Shown here in pieces: positions 26,390-36,929 of a DNA stretch of 64,000 nucleotides. Source of the DNA: Candidatus Omnitrophota bacterium (GTDB lineage Bacteria; Omnitrophota; Gorgyraeia; Velamenicoccales; JABMQK01); NCBI GenBank assembly GCA_028711115.1, contig JAQTSV010000001.1, forward strand, positions 646,032 to 710,031. The letters are read 5' to 3'. Position 1 is the stretch's first letter. The number at the start of each line of letters is the position of its first letter. The position numbers and the translations under genes were made by a program. The notes below the pieces were generated by a model that was not told where the DNA came from, did not search any database, and saw only the letters and a program-made list of their open reading frames with translations.

Positions 26390-27544
26390 ATGTCCACAAA
26401 ACGCGACTATTACGAGATTTTGGGCGTAAAGAAGAGTGCTTCTTTAGATGAGATAAAGAAATCTTACAGAAGCCTTGCATTACAATATCATCCTGATCGG
26501 GTTCCCGCCGAGAAAAAGAAAGAAGCAGAAGAAAAATTTAAAGAGATTTCCGAGGCTTATGCGGTTTTATCAGATTCGCAAAAACGCTCGCTTTATGATC
26601 AGTATGGCCACTCTGGCGTAGACCAGAGATATTCCACTGAAGATATTTTCCGCGGGGCTGATTTCTCCAGTATCTTTGAAGATCTGGCAGGCGGTTTCGG
26701 AGGAAGCATATTTGAAAGTATATTCGGGGATACGGGATTTGATGCATTTGGCGGCGGCGGTCGCAGGTCGCGTCGGGCAAGGCGCGGCAGGGATTTAGAA
26801 TTTGAGACTGAGATAACTTTGGAAGAGGTGGAGAGAGGAACAGAAAAAGTCCTGAAAGTTCCGCGCTATGAATTGTGCAGTACCTGTAAAGGCTCCGGAG
26901 AAAAACCCGGCGCCAAAAGGACTGTATGCAACCAATGCGGCGGCAGAGGACAAATTACGACTTCCAGCGGATTTTTTCATCTTACCCAGACCTGTCCTAA
27001 GTGCCAGGGAGAAGGAAGAATCATTACGGCGTATTGCCCGGATTGTGATGGCCAGGGAAGGATAAAGTCAACACACAAAATTCATGTTAAAATTCCTGCA
27101 GGCATTGAGCATGGTTCGCATCTTCGCGTAAGAGGCGAAGGGGAAGAAGGCCAGGCAGGCAGAGGCGATTTGTATGTGTTGGTGCATGTAACACCTCATT
27201 CTATTTTTGACCGCCAGGGCCAGGATATTTTATGTGAAGTTTCCATTCCTCTGACAAATGCAATATTGGGCGGAGAAGTAACGGTCCCTACTTTAAACGG
27301 CAGCGTAAGAATGAAGATACCCAAAGGCACGCAGAGCGGAAGGATTTTCAGATTGGGCGGAAAGGGATTACCGGGGATACATTCAAGCAGCAAAGGGGAC
27401 CAACTGGTAAAGGTGAATGTCCAGATTCCGGAAAATCTGACAAAGGAAGAAGCCCGTCTCATTGAGCAATTTGCAAAACTCAGAGGAGAAGAAGTCGCCA
27501 AGGTTTCTTCTCTGGGCGATAAAATAAAGAGAGTATTTAGTTAA
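26390..27544 (+). CDS. dnaJ: Co-chaperone DnaJ (Hsp40, type I)
   Basis: 384 aa with J-domain HPD, G/F-rich linker and four CxxCxGxG zinc repeats. Confidence 0.96.
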   Translation: MSTKRDYYEILGVKKSASLDEIKKSYRSLALQYHPDRVPAEKKKEAEEKFKEISEAYAVLSDSQKRSLYDQYGHSGVDQRYSTEDIFRGADFSSIFEDLAGGFGGSIFESIFGDTGFDAFGGGGRRSRRARRGRDLEFETEITLEEVERGTEKVLKVPRYELCSTCKGSGEKPGAKRTVCNQCGGRGQITTSSGFFHLTQTCPKCQGEGRIITAYCPDCDGQGRIKSTHKIHVKIPAGIEHGSHLRVRGEGEEGQAGRGDLYVLVHVTPHSIFDRQGQDILCEVSIPLTNAILGGEVTVPTLNGSVRMKIPKGTQSGRIFRLGGKGLPGIHSSSKGDQLVKVNVQIPENLTKEEARLIEQFAKLRGEEVAKVSSLGDKIKRVFS

Positions 27545-27557
27545 GAGAAAGGAAATT

Positions 27558-27830
27558 ATGCCAAACTACGAATATGAATGCCAGAGTTGCGGTTATAAAT
27601 TTGAAAAATTCCAATATATGAACGACGCTCCCATAAAAGAGTGTCCCAAGTGCCATGCCAATAAAGCCAAGAGATTGATAAGCGCCGGCTCAGGGATAAT
27701 TTTCAAAGGTTCAGGTTTTTACGCCACAGATTATCGTAAGGATAAAGGCGGCAAAAGCAAATCAAGGCCTGCAACTTGTCCTGCAGCAAAAAAGAACCAT
27801 CCTGGTTGCTCTGGCTGTCCTGCGCATTAG
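27558..27830 (+). CDS. FmdB-family zinc-ribbon protein
   Basis: 90 aa starting MPNYEYECQSCGYKFE...CPKCH (CxxC-CxxC ribbon). Confidence 0.8.
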   Translation: MPNYEYECQSCGYKFEKFQYMNDAPIKECPKCHANKAKRLISAGSGIIFKGSGFYATDYRKDKGGKSKSRPATCPAAKKNHPGCSGCPAH

Positions 27831-27880
27831 GATTGCTATTTGATGGATTTTCTTGCCAACGTAAAACATAAGGACATTTC

Positions 27881-28231
27881 TTGCTAAACCCTCTATTTAA
27901 ATTCTGGCTTCCCGTATTAGCTTATGCAGTTTTGATATTCGGTATTTCTTCCATACCAGGATCCAACATCCCTTCGGCCTTTCCTTATGCGGATTATATC
28001 TTTCATATAATAGAATATTTTGTTTTCGGCTTTTTAATATGTCTGGCGATTAAAAATACAAAGACAGGCCTTTCTTTAAAAAAAGTCTTTCTTTTTGGCA
28101 TCATTTTAGTTATGCTATATGCTGCTACGGACGAGTTTCACCAGTCATTTGTCCCTGGTCGTGACGCTTCTTTTTTAGACTGGTTATGTGACAGCGCAGG
28201 CGCAATGGGAGGTATAATACTTGCTTTATGA
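27881..28231 (+). CDS. VanZ-like family membrane protein
   Basis: 116 aa with TTG start and 4 TM segments. DEFHQSFVPGRDASFLDW signature. Confidence 0.75.
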   Translation: MLNPLFKFWLPVLAYAVLIFGISSIPGSNIPSAFPYADYIFHIIEYFVFGFLICLAIKNTKTGLSLKKVFLFGIILVMLYAATDEFHQSFVPGRDASFLDWLCDSAGAMGGIILAL

Positions 28232-29484
28232 TAAATATTCGCGCATTTAAAGGCATATATTATAATCAGGACAAGATAACAGACATATCACAGGTGGTAT
28301 GTCCGCCTTATGATGTAATAAACGAAGAGGAGCGGGATTTTTATTACCACCAGAGCCCTTATAATTTTATTCGCCTGATTCTCAACAAAGAGGAAAAAGA
28401 AGACAACGATTCCAATAATAAATACTCAAGGCCAGTTGTATTCTTTAATGATTGGCTGAAGGCACAAATATTAAAACAGGACTCAAAAGACAGCATATAT
28501 TTCTATAAACAGGATTATTTTTATAACAACAAGGAATTTTCCCGCCTGGGTTTTATCGCCCTTTTACAGATAGGCAATTCAGGGGTTGCCTTTCCTCACG
28601 AAAACACCCGCAATGCGCCTAAAATGGATAGGTTTGAATTGATAAAAAAGGTAAAGGCAAATTTAAGCCCTATATTTACGATTTTCTCTGATAAGGAAAA
28701 AATTATTGAGAAGATTTTTAAAGAAGACCTTTCCCGGAGAAAGCCGGATTTTTTGTTAAAGGATACGCAGGGAGTGAGGAATTCTGTCTGGCGCCTGACC
28801 GATGCAGAGAAGATTCAGAAAATCTGCAGCAAAATGCAGAACAAACAGATTTTTATCGCCGACGGCCATCACCGTTATGAAGTGGCATTGATGTATCTTA
28901 ATTTGATGCGCCAGGAAGATAAGAATTATTCTTTGGATAAGAGCTATAACTATGTCATGACTTATTTCACAACGCTGGAATCAGACGGTATCTGTGTCAT
29001 GCCCACACACAGAATTATAAAATCCAAGGTTGATTTGAGTCGTCTGGGGGATATTTTTAAGAAAGTTAAGTTAAATTCCATAGCCGATCTGGAGGAAAAA
29101 TTAGCCATGTCTTCTAAAAAACCATATGTTTTTGGGTTTTATGCTGATGGCAATATATTATTGTTGGAACTGAAAGACAAAAACAAAGCGGATAGTTATT
29201 TCAAGGAGAAGAAATGTTTTAAGAATTTAGATGTGGCTATATTGGATTTTTACGTGTTAAATGAACTACTCAAAATAAAAAAAGATGATATAATGTACAC
29301 CAAGGAAATTACCGAAGCCAAAGAAGCAGTGGATAAGAAAGACGGCTTAGCGGCGTTTATATTGCGCCCTACAAGCGTGTCACAAATCCGCGATGTGGCT
29401 TTGTGCGGAGAAAAGATGCCGCCGAAATCAACCTACTTTTACCCCAAGCTTCTTTCGGGATTAGTTGTGCATAAGTTTGAATGA
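28228..29484 (+). CDS. DUF1015 family protein (function unknown)
   Basis: 418 aa with RAFKGIYYN...VCPPYDVI N-terminus and IADGHHRYE motif. ATGA overlap with the VanZ-like gene. Confidence 0.8.
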   Translation: MINIRAFKGIYYNQDKITDISQVVCPPYDVINEEERDFYYHQSPYNFIRLILNKEEKEDNDSNNKYSRPVVFFNDWLKAQILKQDSKDSIYFYKQDYFYNNKEFSRLGFIALLQIGNSGVAFPHENTRNAPKMDRFELIKKVKANLSPIFTIFSDKEKIIEKIFKEDLSRRKPDFLLKDTQGVRNSVWRLTDAEKIQKICSKMQNKQIFIADGHHRYEVALMYLNLMRQEDKNYSLDKSYNYVMTYFTTLESDGICVMPTHRIIKSKVDLSRLGDIFKKVKLNSIADLEEKLAMSSKKPYVFGFYADGNILLLELKDKNKADSYFKEKKCFKNLDVAILDFYVLNELLKIKKDDIMYTKEITEAKEAVDKKDGLAAFILRPTSVSQIRDVALCGEKMPPKSTYFYPKLLSGLVVHKFE

Positions 29485-29500
29485 AACAAGGTAAGAAACC

Positions 29501-30340
29501 ATGCCATTATTCGGAAAACCCCGTTATACTTTAGTAAAAATCAGAAAGAAAGAAATTCCCCAGGGACTTTGGACTAAATGCCAAGGTTGCGGCCAGCCCA
29601 TATATAACAAAGAATTAAAGGCAAATAACAAAGTCTGCCCGAAATGCAATCATCATTTTACCTTAACAGCCAGGGAACGCATAGATTTGCTTATTGATAA
29701 GAATACATTCCAGGAATCTGATGCCAATATGCAGACTGTAGACGTATTAAATTTCAAAGGCCCCAAAGGTTACGATGATAAATTAGCAGAAGACGAGAAG
29801 GCCACGGACTTAAAAGAAGCGGTTATCACCGGAGACGGAGAAATAGATAAAAGAAAAGTCGCCATAGCGGTGACGGATTCGCGTTTTATTATGGGTTCTA
29901 TGGGTTCTGTGGTGGGAGAAAAAATTTCTCGCAATATAGAATATGCTACAAAAAATAAAATACCGGTAATTATTGTTTCCGGTTCCGGCGGTGGCGCGAG
30001 GATGTACGAAGGTATGTTTTCTTTAATGCAGATGGCTAAGACATCAGCAGCCTTGGCGCGGCACCACGAAGCAAATTTATTATTTATTTCCGTGCTTACG
30101 GACCCTACCATGGCAGGTGTGATGGCCTCTTTTGCCGGATTGGGGGATATCATTATTGCCGAGCCGAAGGCGCTGATTGGTTTTACCGGTCCGCGCGTAA
30201 TAGAGCAGACGATTAAGCAGAAATTACCGCCGGGATTCCAGCGTTCTGAATTTATGTTAGAGCATGGGCTTATCGATATGATTGTGCACCGCAGACAGCT
30301 TAAAGAGACAATATCCAATTTGTTAGATTATTTGAGTTGA
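29501..30340 (+). CDS. accD: Acetyl-CoA carboxylase carboxyltransferase beta subunit
   Basis: 279 aa with N-terminal Zn ribbon CQGCG...CPKCNHH and a carboxyltransferase core (GSMGSVVGEK, SGGARM). Confidence 0.92.
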   Translation: MPLFGKPRYTLVKIRKKEIPQGLWTKCQGCGQPIYNKELKANNKVCPKCNHHFTLTARERIDLLIDKNTFQESDANMQTVDVLNFKGPKGYDDKLAEDEKATDLKEAVITGDGEIDKRKVAIAVTDSRFIMGSMGSVVGEKISRNIEYATKNKIPVIIVSGSGGGARMYEGMFSLMQMAKTSAALARHHEANLLFISVLTDPTMAGVMASFAGLGDIIIAEPKALIGFTGPRVIEQTIKQKLPPGFQRSEFMLEHGLIDMIVHRRQLKETISNLLDYLS

Positions 30341-30364
30341 CAGATATTAATATTTATATATAAT
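30337..30364 (+). promoter_or_regulatory. Putative sigma70-type promoter of the ABC-ATPase / GGDEF genes
   Basis: TTGACA (30337-30342, overlapping the accD stop), 16-nt spacer, TATAAT (30359-30364). Confidence 0.55.
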
Positions 30365-30412
30365 AAAAACTTACGCTGTAATAATTTTGGTTATAATTCT
30401 TAAAGGAAAAAT

Positions 30413-31516
30413 ATGGCTCAGGTTAGTTTGGTAGATGTTTCTAAAATTTATGCCGGCAATGTGCGCGTTGTCGATAAGGTAAATCTTAGCGTAGAGAACA
30501 AGGAATTTCTTGTCTTGGTAGGCCCTTCGGGTTGCGGTAAATCTACGACTTTGCGTATGATTGCAGGATTGGAAGAGATTACCGAAGGCAGGATATATAT
30601 CGGCGATCGCCTGGTGAATGATATTCCCGCCAAAGATCGTAATATCGCGATGGTGTTCCAGAGCTATGCACTTTATCCCCATATGACAGTTTTTGAAAAT
30701 ATGGCCTTTGGACTCAAATTAAAACGTTATCCCAAAGGTGAAATAGAAAAAAGAGTCAAAGAGGCTGCGGCGATATTGAGTATAAATCACTTACTGGATA
30801 GGCGGCCGCGAGAGCTGTCCGGCGGCGAGAGGCAACGCGTGGCAGTAGGCCGGGCAATCGTGAGAAAACCACTGGTGTTTTTATTCGATGAGCCTTTGAG
30901 CAACTTAGATGCAAAATTAAGAGTGCAGATGAGGACGGAGATACATAAATTGCACCAGAGGCTTCTTACTACGATGATTTATGTAACTCACGATCAGGTA
31001 GAGGCTATGACCATGGGAGACAGGATTGCCGTTATGCGCGACGGTGTAGTACAGCAGATCGCCGATCCTATCACTATTTACGATAAGCCAGTAAATAAAT
31101 TTGTCGCCGGATTTATTGGCAGCCCGCCGATGAATTTTATGATTGGTAAGATCTTAAAACAAGACGGCGGCGTATATTTTAACGAAGGCAGATTCAAGGT
31201 TAAAGTTGTTGATGAAATGTCAAAGAGTCTCGGCTCTTATATAGATAAGGAAGTAATTTTCGGTATACGCTCAGAGGATATTTACGATAAGCTTTTTGTT
31301 TCACTGGCCCCGCCGGAAAATACCATCACAGTTACCTGCGAGGTCGTAGAACCGATGGGTTCAGAAGTTTATTTGCACTTAACCACAGGTAAACATTCTT
31401 TTATCGCTAGGGTAGGCGCTCACGATCGTCCTGAAGTAAATCAGGATATGGATTTAGTGTTCGATATGAGCAAGGTACATTTCTTTGACCCAAAAACAGA
31501 AAAGACAATTATCTAA
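30413..31516 (+). CDS. ABC transporter ATP-binding protein, MalK/UgpC/MsmX type
   Basis: 367 aa with Walker A GPSGCGKST, LSGGERQR and Walker B FLFDEPLS, plus a C-terminal MalK-like regulatory domain. Confidence 0.92.
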   Translation: MAQVSLVDVSKIYAGNVRVVDKVNLSVENKEFLVLVGPSGCGKSTTLRMIAGLEEITEGRIYIGDRLVNDIPAKDRNIAMVFQSYALYPHMTVFENMAFGLKLKRYPKGEIEKRVKEAAAILSINHLLDRRPRELSGGERQRVAVGRAIVRKPLVFLFDEPLSNLDAKLRVQMRTEIHKLHQRLLTTMIYVTHDQVEAMTMGDRIAVMRDGVVQQIADPITIYDKPVNKFVAGFIGSPPMNFMIGKILKQDGGVYFNEGRFKVKVVDEMSKSLGSYIDKEVIFGIRSEDIYDKLFVSLAPPENTITVTCEVVEPMGSEVYLHLTTGKHSFIARVGAHDRPEVNQDMDLVFDMSKVHFFDPKTEKTII

Positions 31517-32768
31517 GATAAGTTTCCCGCCGCTTTTTGTTCTGTTGATCTCACACCTCATTTCTTCAATTTTCCTTTTTATAAAGAGTTTTGTTTTTGT
31601 TTTCTTATCGTATGGTTTTGCATTGTTATTATTAAATTTAATTTATAAAACAAATAAGAAAGCAATTAATTTACTGGATATAAAGAGGCAGGATCTTCTA
31701 GAGAAGATTAACCTCTGCAAAGAGTCTATCGAGAGAGAAAAACTACGAATCATTTCCTTGGACAAGAAGAATTCCCGGTATGCATTATTAAAACAGGCGC
31801 TGGATAAATTTAACCAGAGTCTTATTTTAGGAGAAGTGGGCAAGGTAGTCGCCGATGAGACATTTGAATTATTCGCCGGCAGCGGCAACATTTTTGTTTA
31901 TCTGATAAATAGAGAAAATAGCAAACTGGAGATGCTTTTTAGCAGAAAAATAGATCCCGAGTTAATAATCAAGGAAAAACACGGAGATTTATTTGACGGA
32001 TGGGTGTTAAGGCATAATCAGGCTCTTTTGGTAGAGGATGCCAATAAAGATTTCAGATTTGATCCCGAGCAGATAAATAATGAAATCTCCCGGCACATAG
32101 GATCAGTCATAATAGCCCCACTTATTACGCCTAATAGTTTTATGGGAATTTTAAGGGTAGAATCGTCACAGCCTGCAAAATTTTCCTCTGACGACCTGAG
32201 GTTTTTATCCACCGTGGCAAATCTTGCCAGTATCTCCATAGAAAACTCTCTTTTATATGAACATACAGAAGAATTAGCGATAAAAGATGGCCTGACGGGT
32301 TTATATCTGCGCAGATTCTTGAATGGACGAGGGAAAGAAGAAGTACAATACGCCTTTAAGCAGAATTGCGAATTGTCTGTGTTGATGATTGATATAGATT
32401 ATTTCAAAAAGTATAATGATAAATTTGGGCATCGCGCTGGAGATATCGTATTGGTGCATATCGCGGATTTACTCAAAGGTGTTTTTAGCAGCCCGAAGTA
32501 TGTAGTATCTCGATTCGGCGGTGAAGAGTTCGCGGTGTTATTGCCGGATACAAATAAATCCGAGGCATTAAAATTGGCGGAAGAGCTTAGGAAAGGCATC
32601 GAAGGCGGCATAATACTTTTGCGCCGCTCACCGGTAAGAATTACAGTATCCATAGGTGTGGCCACTTATCCTATGCATGCAGATTCCTGGATGGATCTGG
32701 TCAGACAGAGCGATGCAGCTATGTATAAAGCCAAACAAGCAGGGAGGAACAAAGTTTGTTCAGTATAA
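31485..32768 (+). CDS. Membrane-anchored GAF-GGDEF diguanylate cyclase
   Basis: 427 aa in the track (TTG start, uncertain). TM N-terminus, GAF-like middle and an intact GGEEF active site. Confidence 0.85.
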   Translation: MTQKQKRQLSKISFPPLFVLLISHLISSIFLFIKSFVFVFLSYGFALLLLNLIYKTNKKAINLLDIKRQDLLEKINLCKESIEREKLRIISLDKKNSRYALLKQALDKFNQSLILGEVGKVVADETFELFAGSGNIFVYLINRENSKLEMLFSRKIDPELIIKEKHGDLFDGWVLRHNQALLVEDANKDFRFDPEQINNEISRHIGSVIIAPLITPNSFMGILRVESSQPAKFSSDDLRFLSTVANLASISIENSLLYEHTEELAIKDGLTGLYLRRFLNGRGKEEVQYAFKQNCELSVLMIDIDYFKKYNDKFGHRAGDIVLVHIADLLKGVFSSPKYVVSRFGGEEFAVLLPDTNKSEALKLAEELRKGIEGGIILLRRSPVRITVSIGVATYPMHADSWMDLVRQSDAAMYKAKQAGRNKVCSV

Positions 32769-33775
32769 TTTTTACGATATTGATGCATATAGTTTTTATT
32801 TTAACACTTATAGCAATATTCATAGTGCTTAAGGATAAGATAAAGAGGCGTCACAGTTTTGCCCTGAGCGATTTTGCAAACCTGGAGAATAACCTTAGAG
32901 ATTTGTTGCTTGAAGAACAGCATATAGCAGAGGAAGGTGTTTCCCGGGAGGAAAAGGTAATTAAAATCATGAACCTCTATGAAATTACCAAAGAGATTTG
33001 CGAATTCTTAGAGGAGGATAAGATATTCTTAAGTTTTAAGAACGGCCTGAGCAAATTCATAACTTTTCAGGAATGCGATTATTTAGTCAGCATCGATTCA
33101 CAGAAAGATTTGAGTGCTTTTGAGGTTATTCCTTTGGTTTCGGAGAGTGAAAGTTGCGGCTATTTAGCCATCAGGGGATTTAATGAAAAAGATAGACCGG
33201 TTTTGGATATTCTTGTTGCGCAATTTATAACTGGCATCAAACGCGCAAGGCTATATCAGCGCGTACAGGAATTAGCCATTACGGATTCTCTTACCAAGGT
33301 ATTTACGAGAAAGTACTCGCTAGACCGTTTTGAAGAAGAATTAAAGCGTTCCAAAGAATTAAATCTGTCATTATCGTATCTGATGATGGATGTGGATAAT
33401 TTTAAATATTTTAACGATAAATACGGCCATTTGGTAGGAGATGTCATAGTAAAGACCATTGCCGAAATAATTAAGTTGAATTGCCGTGAAATAGATTTGA
33501 TTGGCAGATTCGGCGGCGAAGAATTTATAGCAATTCTGCCTATGACGTCCAAAGACGGCGCTTTATTCGCGGCAGAAAGAATTCGTAAATCTATAGAATC
33601 AACTCCCATCAAGGCATTCGATGAATCGCTCAAGGTGACTGTAAGTATAGGTGTATCTAGTTTTCCCCAGGATGCTAAAACTAGTCAGGAACTTATCGAA
33701 AAGGCAGACCGCGCTCTTTACCATTCTAAGAGAACAGGTAAAAACAAAGTCTCTGCCTATACCTCAAGAACTTAA
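32756..33775 (+). CDS. Membrane-anchored GGDEF diguanylate cyclase with RxxD I-site
   Basis: 339 aa (TTG at 32756 or ATG at 32783). One TM, degenerate GAF-like region, and REID five residues before GGEEF. Confidence 0.85.
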   Translation: MFSIIFTILMHIVFILTLIAIFIVLKDKIKRRHSFALSDFANLENNLRDLLLEEQHIAEEGVSREEKVIKIMNLYEITKEICEFLEEDKIFLSFKNGLSKFITFQECDYLVSIDSQKDLSAFEVIPLVSESESCGYLAIRGFNEKDRPVLDILVAQFITGIKRARLYQRVQELAITDSLTKVFTRKYSLDRFEEELKRSKELNLSLSYLMMDVDNFKYFNDKYGHLVGDVIVKTIAEIIKLNCREIDLIGRFGGEEFIAILPMTSKDGALFAAERIRKSIESTPIKAFDESLKVTVSIGVSSFPQDAKTSQELIEKADRALYHSKRTGKNKVSAYTSRT

Positions 33776-33838
33776 AAATAGGCGCGGGCTAATTTTTTAA
33801 AAAATAAAATCTATATTTGTTATTTACGGTTAATTTTG

Positions 33839-33867
33839 TTGCAAAATTCATTAATTTAAGTTAAAAT
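33839..33867 (+). promoter_or_regulatory. Putative promoter of the ROK kinase-lptD genes
   Basis: TTGCAA (33839-33844), 17-nt spacer, TAAAAT (33862-33867). Confidence 0.4.
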
Positions 33868-33877
33868 CTAACTCTAT

Positions 33878-34816
33878 ATGCACAAATATATTATAAGCAT
33901 AGACTTAGGCGGAACAAATACAAGGATAACGCTTACAGATCTGTCTTTGCGTATTAAAGCAAGGACGTCATTCCCCACAAGGAATTTCTCGTCTAGCAGA
34001 AAAATATTAATTTCAGAAATTATTAAAGAAGTTTTTAGGCTACTGAAAGACAATAGCATAAAAAAAACACAGATTTTGGGTTTGGGGATAGGCGTGCCCG
34101 GGCCTGTGGATTTTTTAAAAGGAAAAATATACTATCTACCCAATATAAAGGGCTGGCAAAATACTCCCATAAGAGATATTTTAGAGAAGAGATTGCATTT
34201 TAAAGTATTCGTTGACAATGATGTTAATCTGATGACATTGGCCGAGGCCAGGTTAGGCGCGGCAAAAGACAGGAAGAACGCTGTTTGTCTTACGCTGGGC
34301 ACAGGTGTCGGCGGCGGTTTGATTTTAGATGGCGAATTGTTCAGGGGCACAAGTTTCTGTGCCGGAGAAATAGGCCATATGCCCATAAATATTTCCGGGC
34401 CGAGGTGCAATTGCGGCGGAAGCGCATGTCTGGAGAGATATGTGGGAAACAAATATATTTTGGCTGAGGCTAAAAAGAAATTGAAGATGAGAAATATCAA
34501 TTTAGAGAAATTAAGCGAGATGGCGGAAAGTGGCAATAAAATCGCCAGGAATATCTATAATAATTTCGCCAGTAATATAGGCGTTGCTTTAGCTGGAGTG
34601 GTGAATTTGCTTAATCCAGAAGTTATTGTGGTCGGAGGCGGCTTATCTTTTGCCGGGGATTTTATATTTACAAAGATAAAAGAAACAATAAATAAAAGAG
34701 CAATACCTATACAGGCGGGATTAGTCAAGGTTAAAAAAGCCATGTTAGGCAAAGACGCGGGTTTGATAGGCGCGGCTTTATTGGTAAAAGAGTCAAAACT
34801 AAAGACGAATGTTTAA
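33878..34816 (+). CDS. ROK family sugar kinase (glucokinase-like)
   Basis: 312 aa with DLGGTN, GTGVGGG and the ROK zinc motif CNCGGSACLE. Confidence 0.88.
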   Translation: MHKYIISIDLGGTNTRITLTDLSLRIKARTSFPTRNFSSSRKILISEIIKEVFRLLKDNSIKKTQILGLGIGVPGPVDFLKGKIYYLPNIKGWQNTPIRDILEKRLHFKVFVDNDVNLMTLAEARLGAAKDRKNAVCLTLGTGVGGGLILDGELFRGTSFCAGEIGHMPINISGPRCNCGGSACLERYVGNKYILAEAKKKLKMRNINLEKLSEMAESGNKIARNIYNNFASNIGVALAGVVNLLNPEVIVVGGGLSFAGDFIFTKIKETINKRAIPIQAGLVKVKKAMLGKDAGLIGAALLVKESKLKTNV

Positions 34817-36917
34817 GCTAAACCGTAAGCCGGTATTTGTTCTGTTGATTTTTCTGGGTTATTTTAGTATTTGTTTTGCCCAGGAGTTGAATCAAGATAT
34901 AAATATAGGCAATACCAATCAAGAGACTCCTATTGTGGTCAATGGCGACAGGGTGGAATTTTTTACAGAACTGAAGATGATAGTGGCTGAGGGAAATGTA
35001 AGGATAGAATACGGTAAGTCTGTGTTGACCTGTGACAGGATAACTGTTTTTACTGAAACGAAAGATCTCTTAGCCGAGGGTAATGTAAAACTAAAGGATG
35101 AAAAAGGCACAATTGAAGGGAGCAATATCTTTTATAATGTGGATTTGCAAAAGGGCAAAATTATAGAGGCGACTATCAAAACAGACCCCTATTTTGCTAA
35201 TTCTCCGGAGGTAGAAAAAACACCCGCAAAGTATATTTTTTATAACGGAGACATAACTACTTGCAGTTTAGATAAGCCGCATTACCATATGCATGCCCGT
35301 CGTATTGAACTTGTCCCCAATGATAAAATTCGTGCCAGAGGCGTCACTTTCATAGCAGGTAGTGTGCCTATAATGTATTTACCGTATTTTGCCCAGAGTA
35401 TCAAAGACTATAAAGAAGGTTTCAGCTTTTCTCCGGGCATGTCAAAAGAGTGGGGGATGTATTTGTTATCAAGATACACATACTACCTTAATGATAACTT
35501 AAGGGGAACTTTGCATCTTGATTGGCGTGAAAATAAAGGCTGGGGAGGCGGTACCGACTTTGAGTTGCTTTCCGATAAATTTGGCAGTGGTCTTTTGCGT
35601 TACTATCAGGTAAAAGAAGAACTTCGCGGTCACGGAGAAACCTACATACCTTTCAAAAACCAAAAACGTTACAGAACTCAATACCGCCACAAATGGGATG
35701 ATGCCGATGAGAAAAATCATTTTATTATGGAGCTGAATGATTATTCTGACGCAGATTTTCTGAAGCATTATTTTTACAGAGAATACGAAAAAGAGAACCA
35801 GATCAGAAGCTATATGTTGGCTAGCCATAATTATCCCAGCGCGACTTTGAGTCTAATGTTAGAAAAGAGGCTCAATCAGTTTTATGATGAGACAGAAAGA
35901 CTTCCCGAGATAAAACTTGAAACAACGAGTTTCCGGATTTTGGATACACCCCTTTATTATCAAAACCAATCCAGCGTTGCTGCGTTCACCTCGCGTACCG
36001 CCTATACAGATCAGGTTGAGAATACGAATCGCCTGGATACATATAATAAGCTGTCTTGTCCTTTTAGATTTGCTTTTCTTGATATGAATCCTTTTGTGGG
36101 TTTAAGAAATGATTACTACTCTAACGATAAGGAAGACGGAGAAAATCTTTTCCGCAGTATTTTTTATACAGGATTCGATATGCTTACGAAATTTTACCGT
36201 ACCTATGATGCTAAGGTCAATTCCTACGGTATAGAGATTGATGAATTACGCCATATAGTAACTCCTTCTTTGAAGTATTCATACATGCATAATCCTACTT
36301 TACCGTCGGAAAGATTGACTGCATTTGATAGCATAGATTCGCTAACCAAGGAAAATACCATGACCGTTTCGCTGGAAAATAAGTTACAGACCAAAAGGAA
36401 TGGTCAGTCGGTGGATTTTCTTACATTTATAGCTGACAGCCCTTATTATTTTAAATTAGAGGAACACGGAGGAAGATTCGGCGATGTAAATTTTGATTTG
36501 GAGGTATTTCCTAATTCGTGGTTGGAGTTTTGGTCTGATGCACACTTTGATTTACGTGAACGTTCATTCCGCACGGCAAATTTTGATGTGAGTCTTCCGC
36601 TGAAGGACAACGGTAAGATCACCGCTGGTTATCGTTATGTCAGAGACGATAACAGCAAGTTGGCTACTTTTGGTTTTGAACGCCAGCTTAATCCAAAATG
36701 GAAATTCCGTACTTATCATCGCATGGAATTCGTCACACATGCCATAGAAGAGCAAGAATATGCGCTATCCAGGGATTTGCATTGTTGGGATTTGGAATTT
36801 ATAGTAAATAACAAGAAAAAGAAAGGAACGACGTTTTGGTTTGCGCTTAGGCTGAAGGCATTTCCTGACGTAGGTTTTGATTTTGAAAAATCGCACCAGG
36901 CGCCTAAGACGCACTAG
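34809..36917 (+). CDS. lptD: LPS-assembly outer-membrane protein LptD (OstA family)
   Basis: 702 aa with signal peptide, OstA-like N-domain (AEGNVRIEYG...AEGNVKL) and a large aromatic-rich beta-barrel region. Confidence 0.8.
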   Translation: MFKLNRKPVFVLLIFLGYFSICFAQELNQDINIGNTNQETPIVVNGDRVEFFTELKMIVAEGNVRIEYGKSVLTCDRITVFTETKDLLAEGNVKLKDEKGTIEGSNIFYNVDLQKGKIIEATIKTDPYFANSPEVEKTPAKYIFYNGDITTCSLDKPHYHMHARRIELVPNDKIRARGVTFIAGSVPIMYLPYFAQSIKDYKEGFSFSPGMSKEWGMYLLSRYTYYLNDNLRGTLHLDWRENKGWGGGTDFELLSDKFGSGLLRYYQVKEELRGHGETYIPFKNQKRYRTQYRHKWDDADEKNHFIMELNDYSDADFLKHYFYREYEKENQIRSYMLASHNYPSATLSLMLEKRLNQFYDETERLPEIKLETTSFRILDTPLYYQNQSSVAAFTSRTAYTDQVENTNRLDTYNKLSCPFRFAFLDMNPFVGLRNDYYSNDKEDGENLFRSIFYTGFDMLTKFYRTYDAKVNSYGIEIDELRHIVTPSLKYSYMHNPTLPSERLTAFDSIDSLTKENTMTVSLENKLQTKRNGQSVDFLTFIADSPYYFKLEEHGGRFGDVNFDLEVFPNSWLEFWSDAHFDLRERSFRTANFDVSLPLKDNGKITAGYRYVRDDNSKLATFGFERQLNPKWKFRTYHRMEFVTHAIEEQEYALSRDLHCWDLEFIVNNKKKKGTTFWFALRLKAFPDVGFDFEKSHQAPKTH

Positions 36918-36929
36918 TCGGTAAATACT

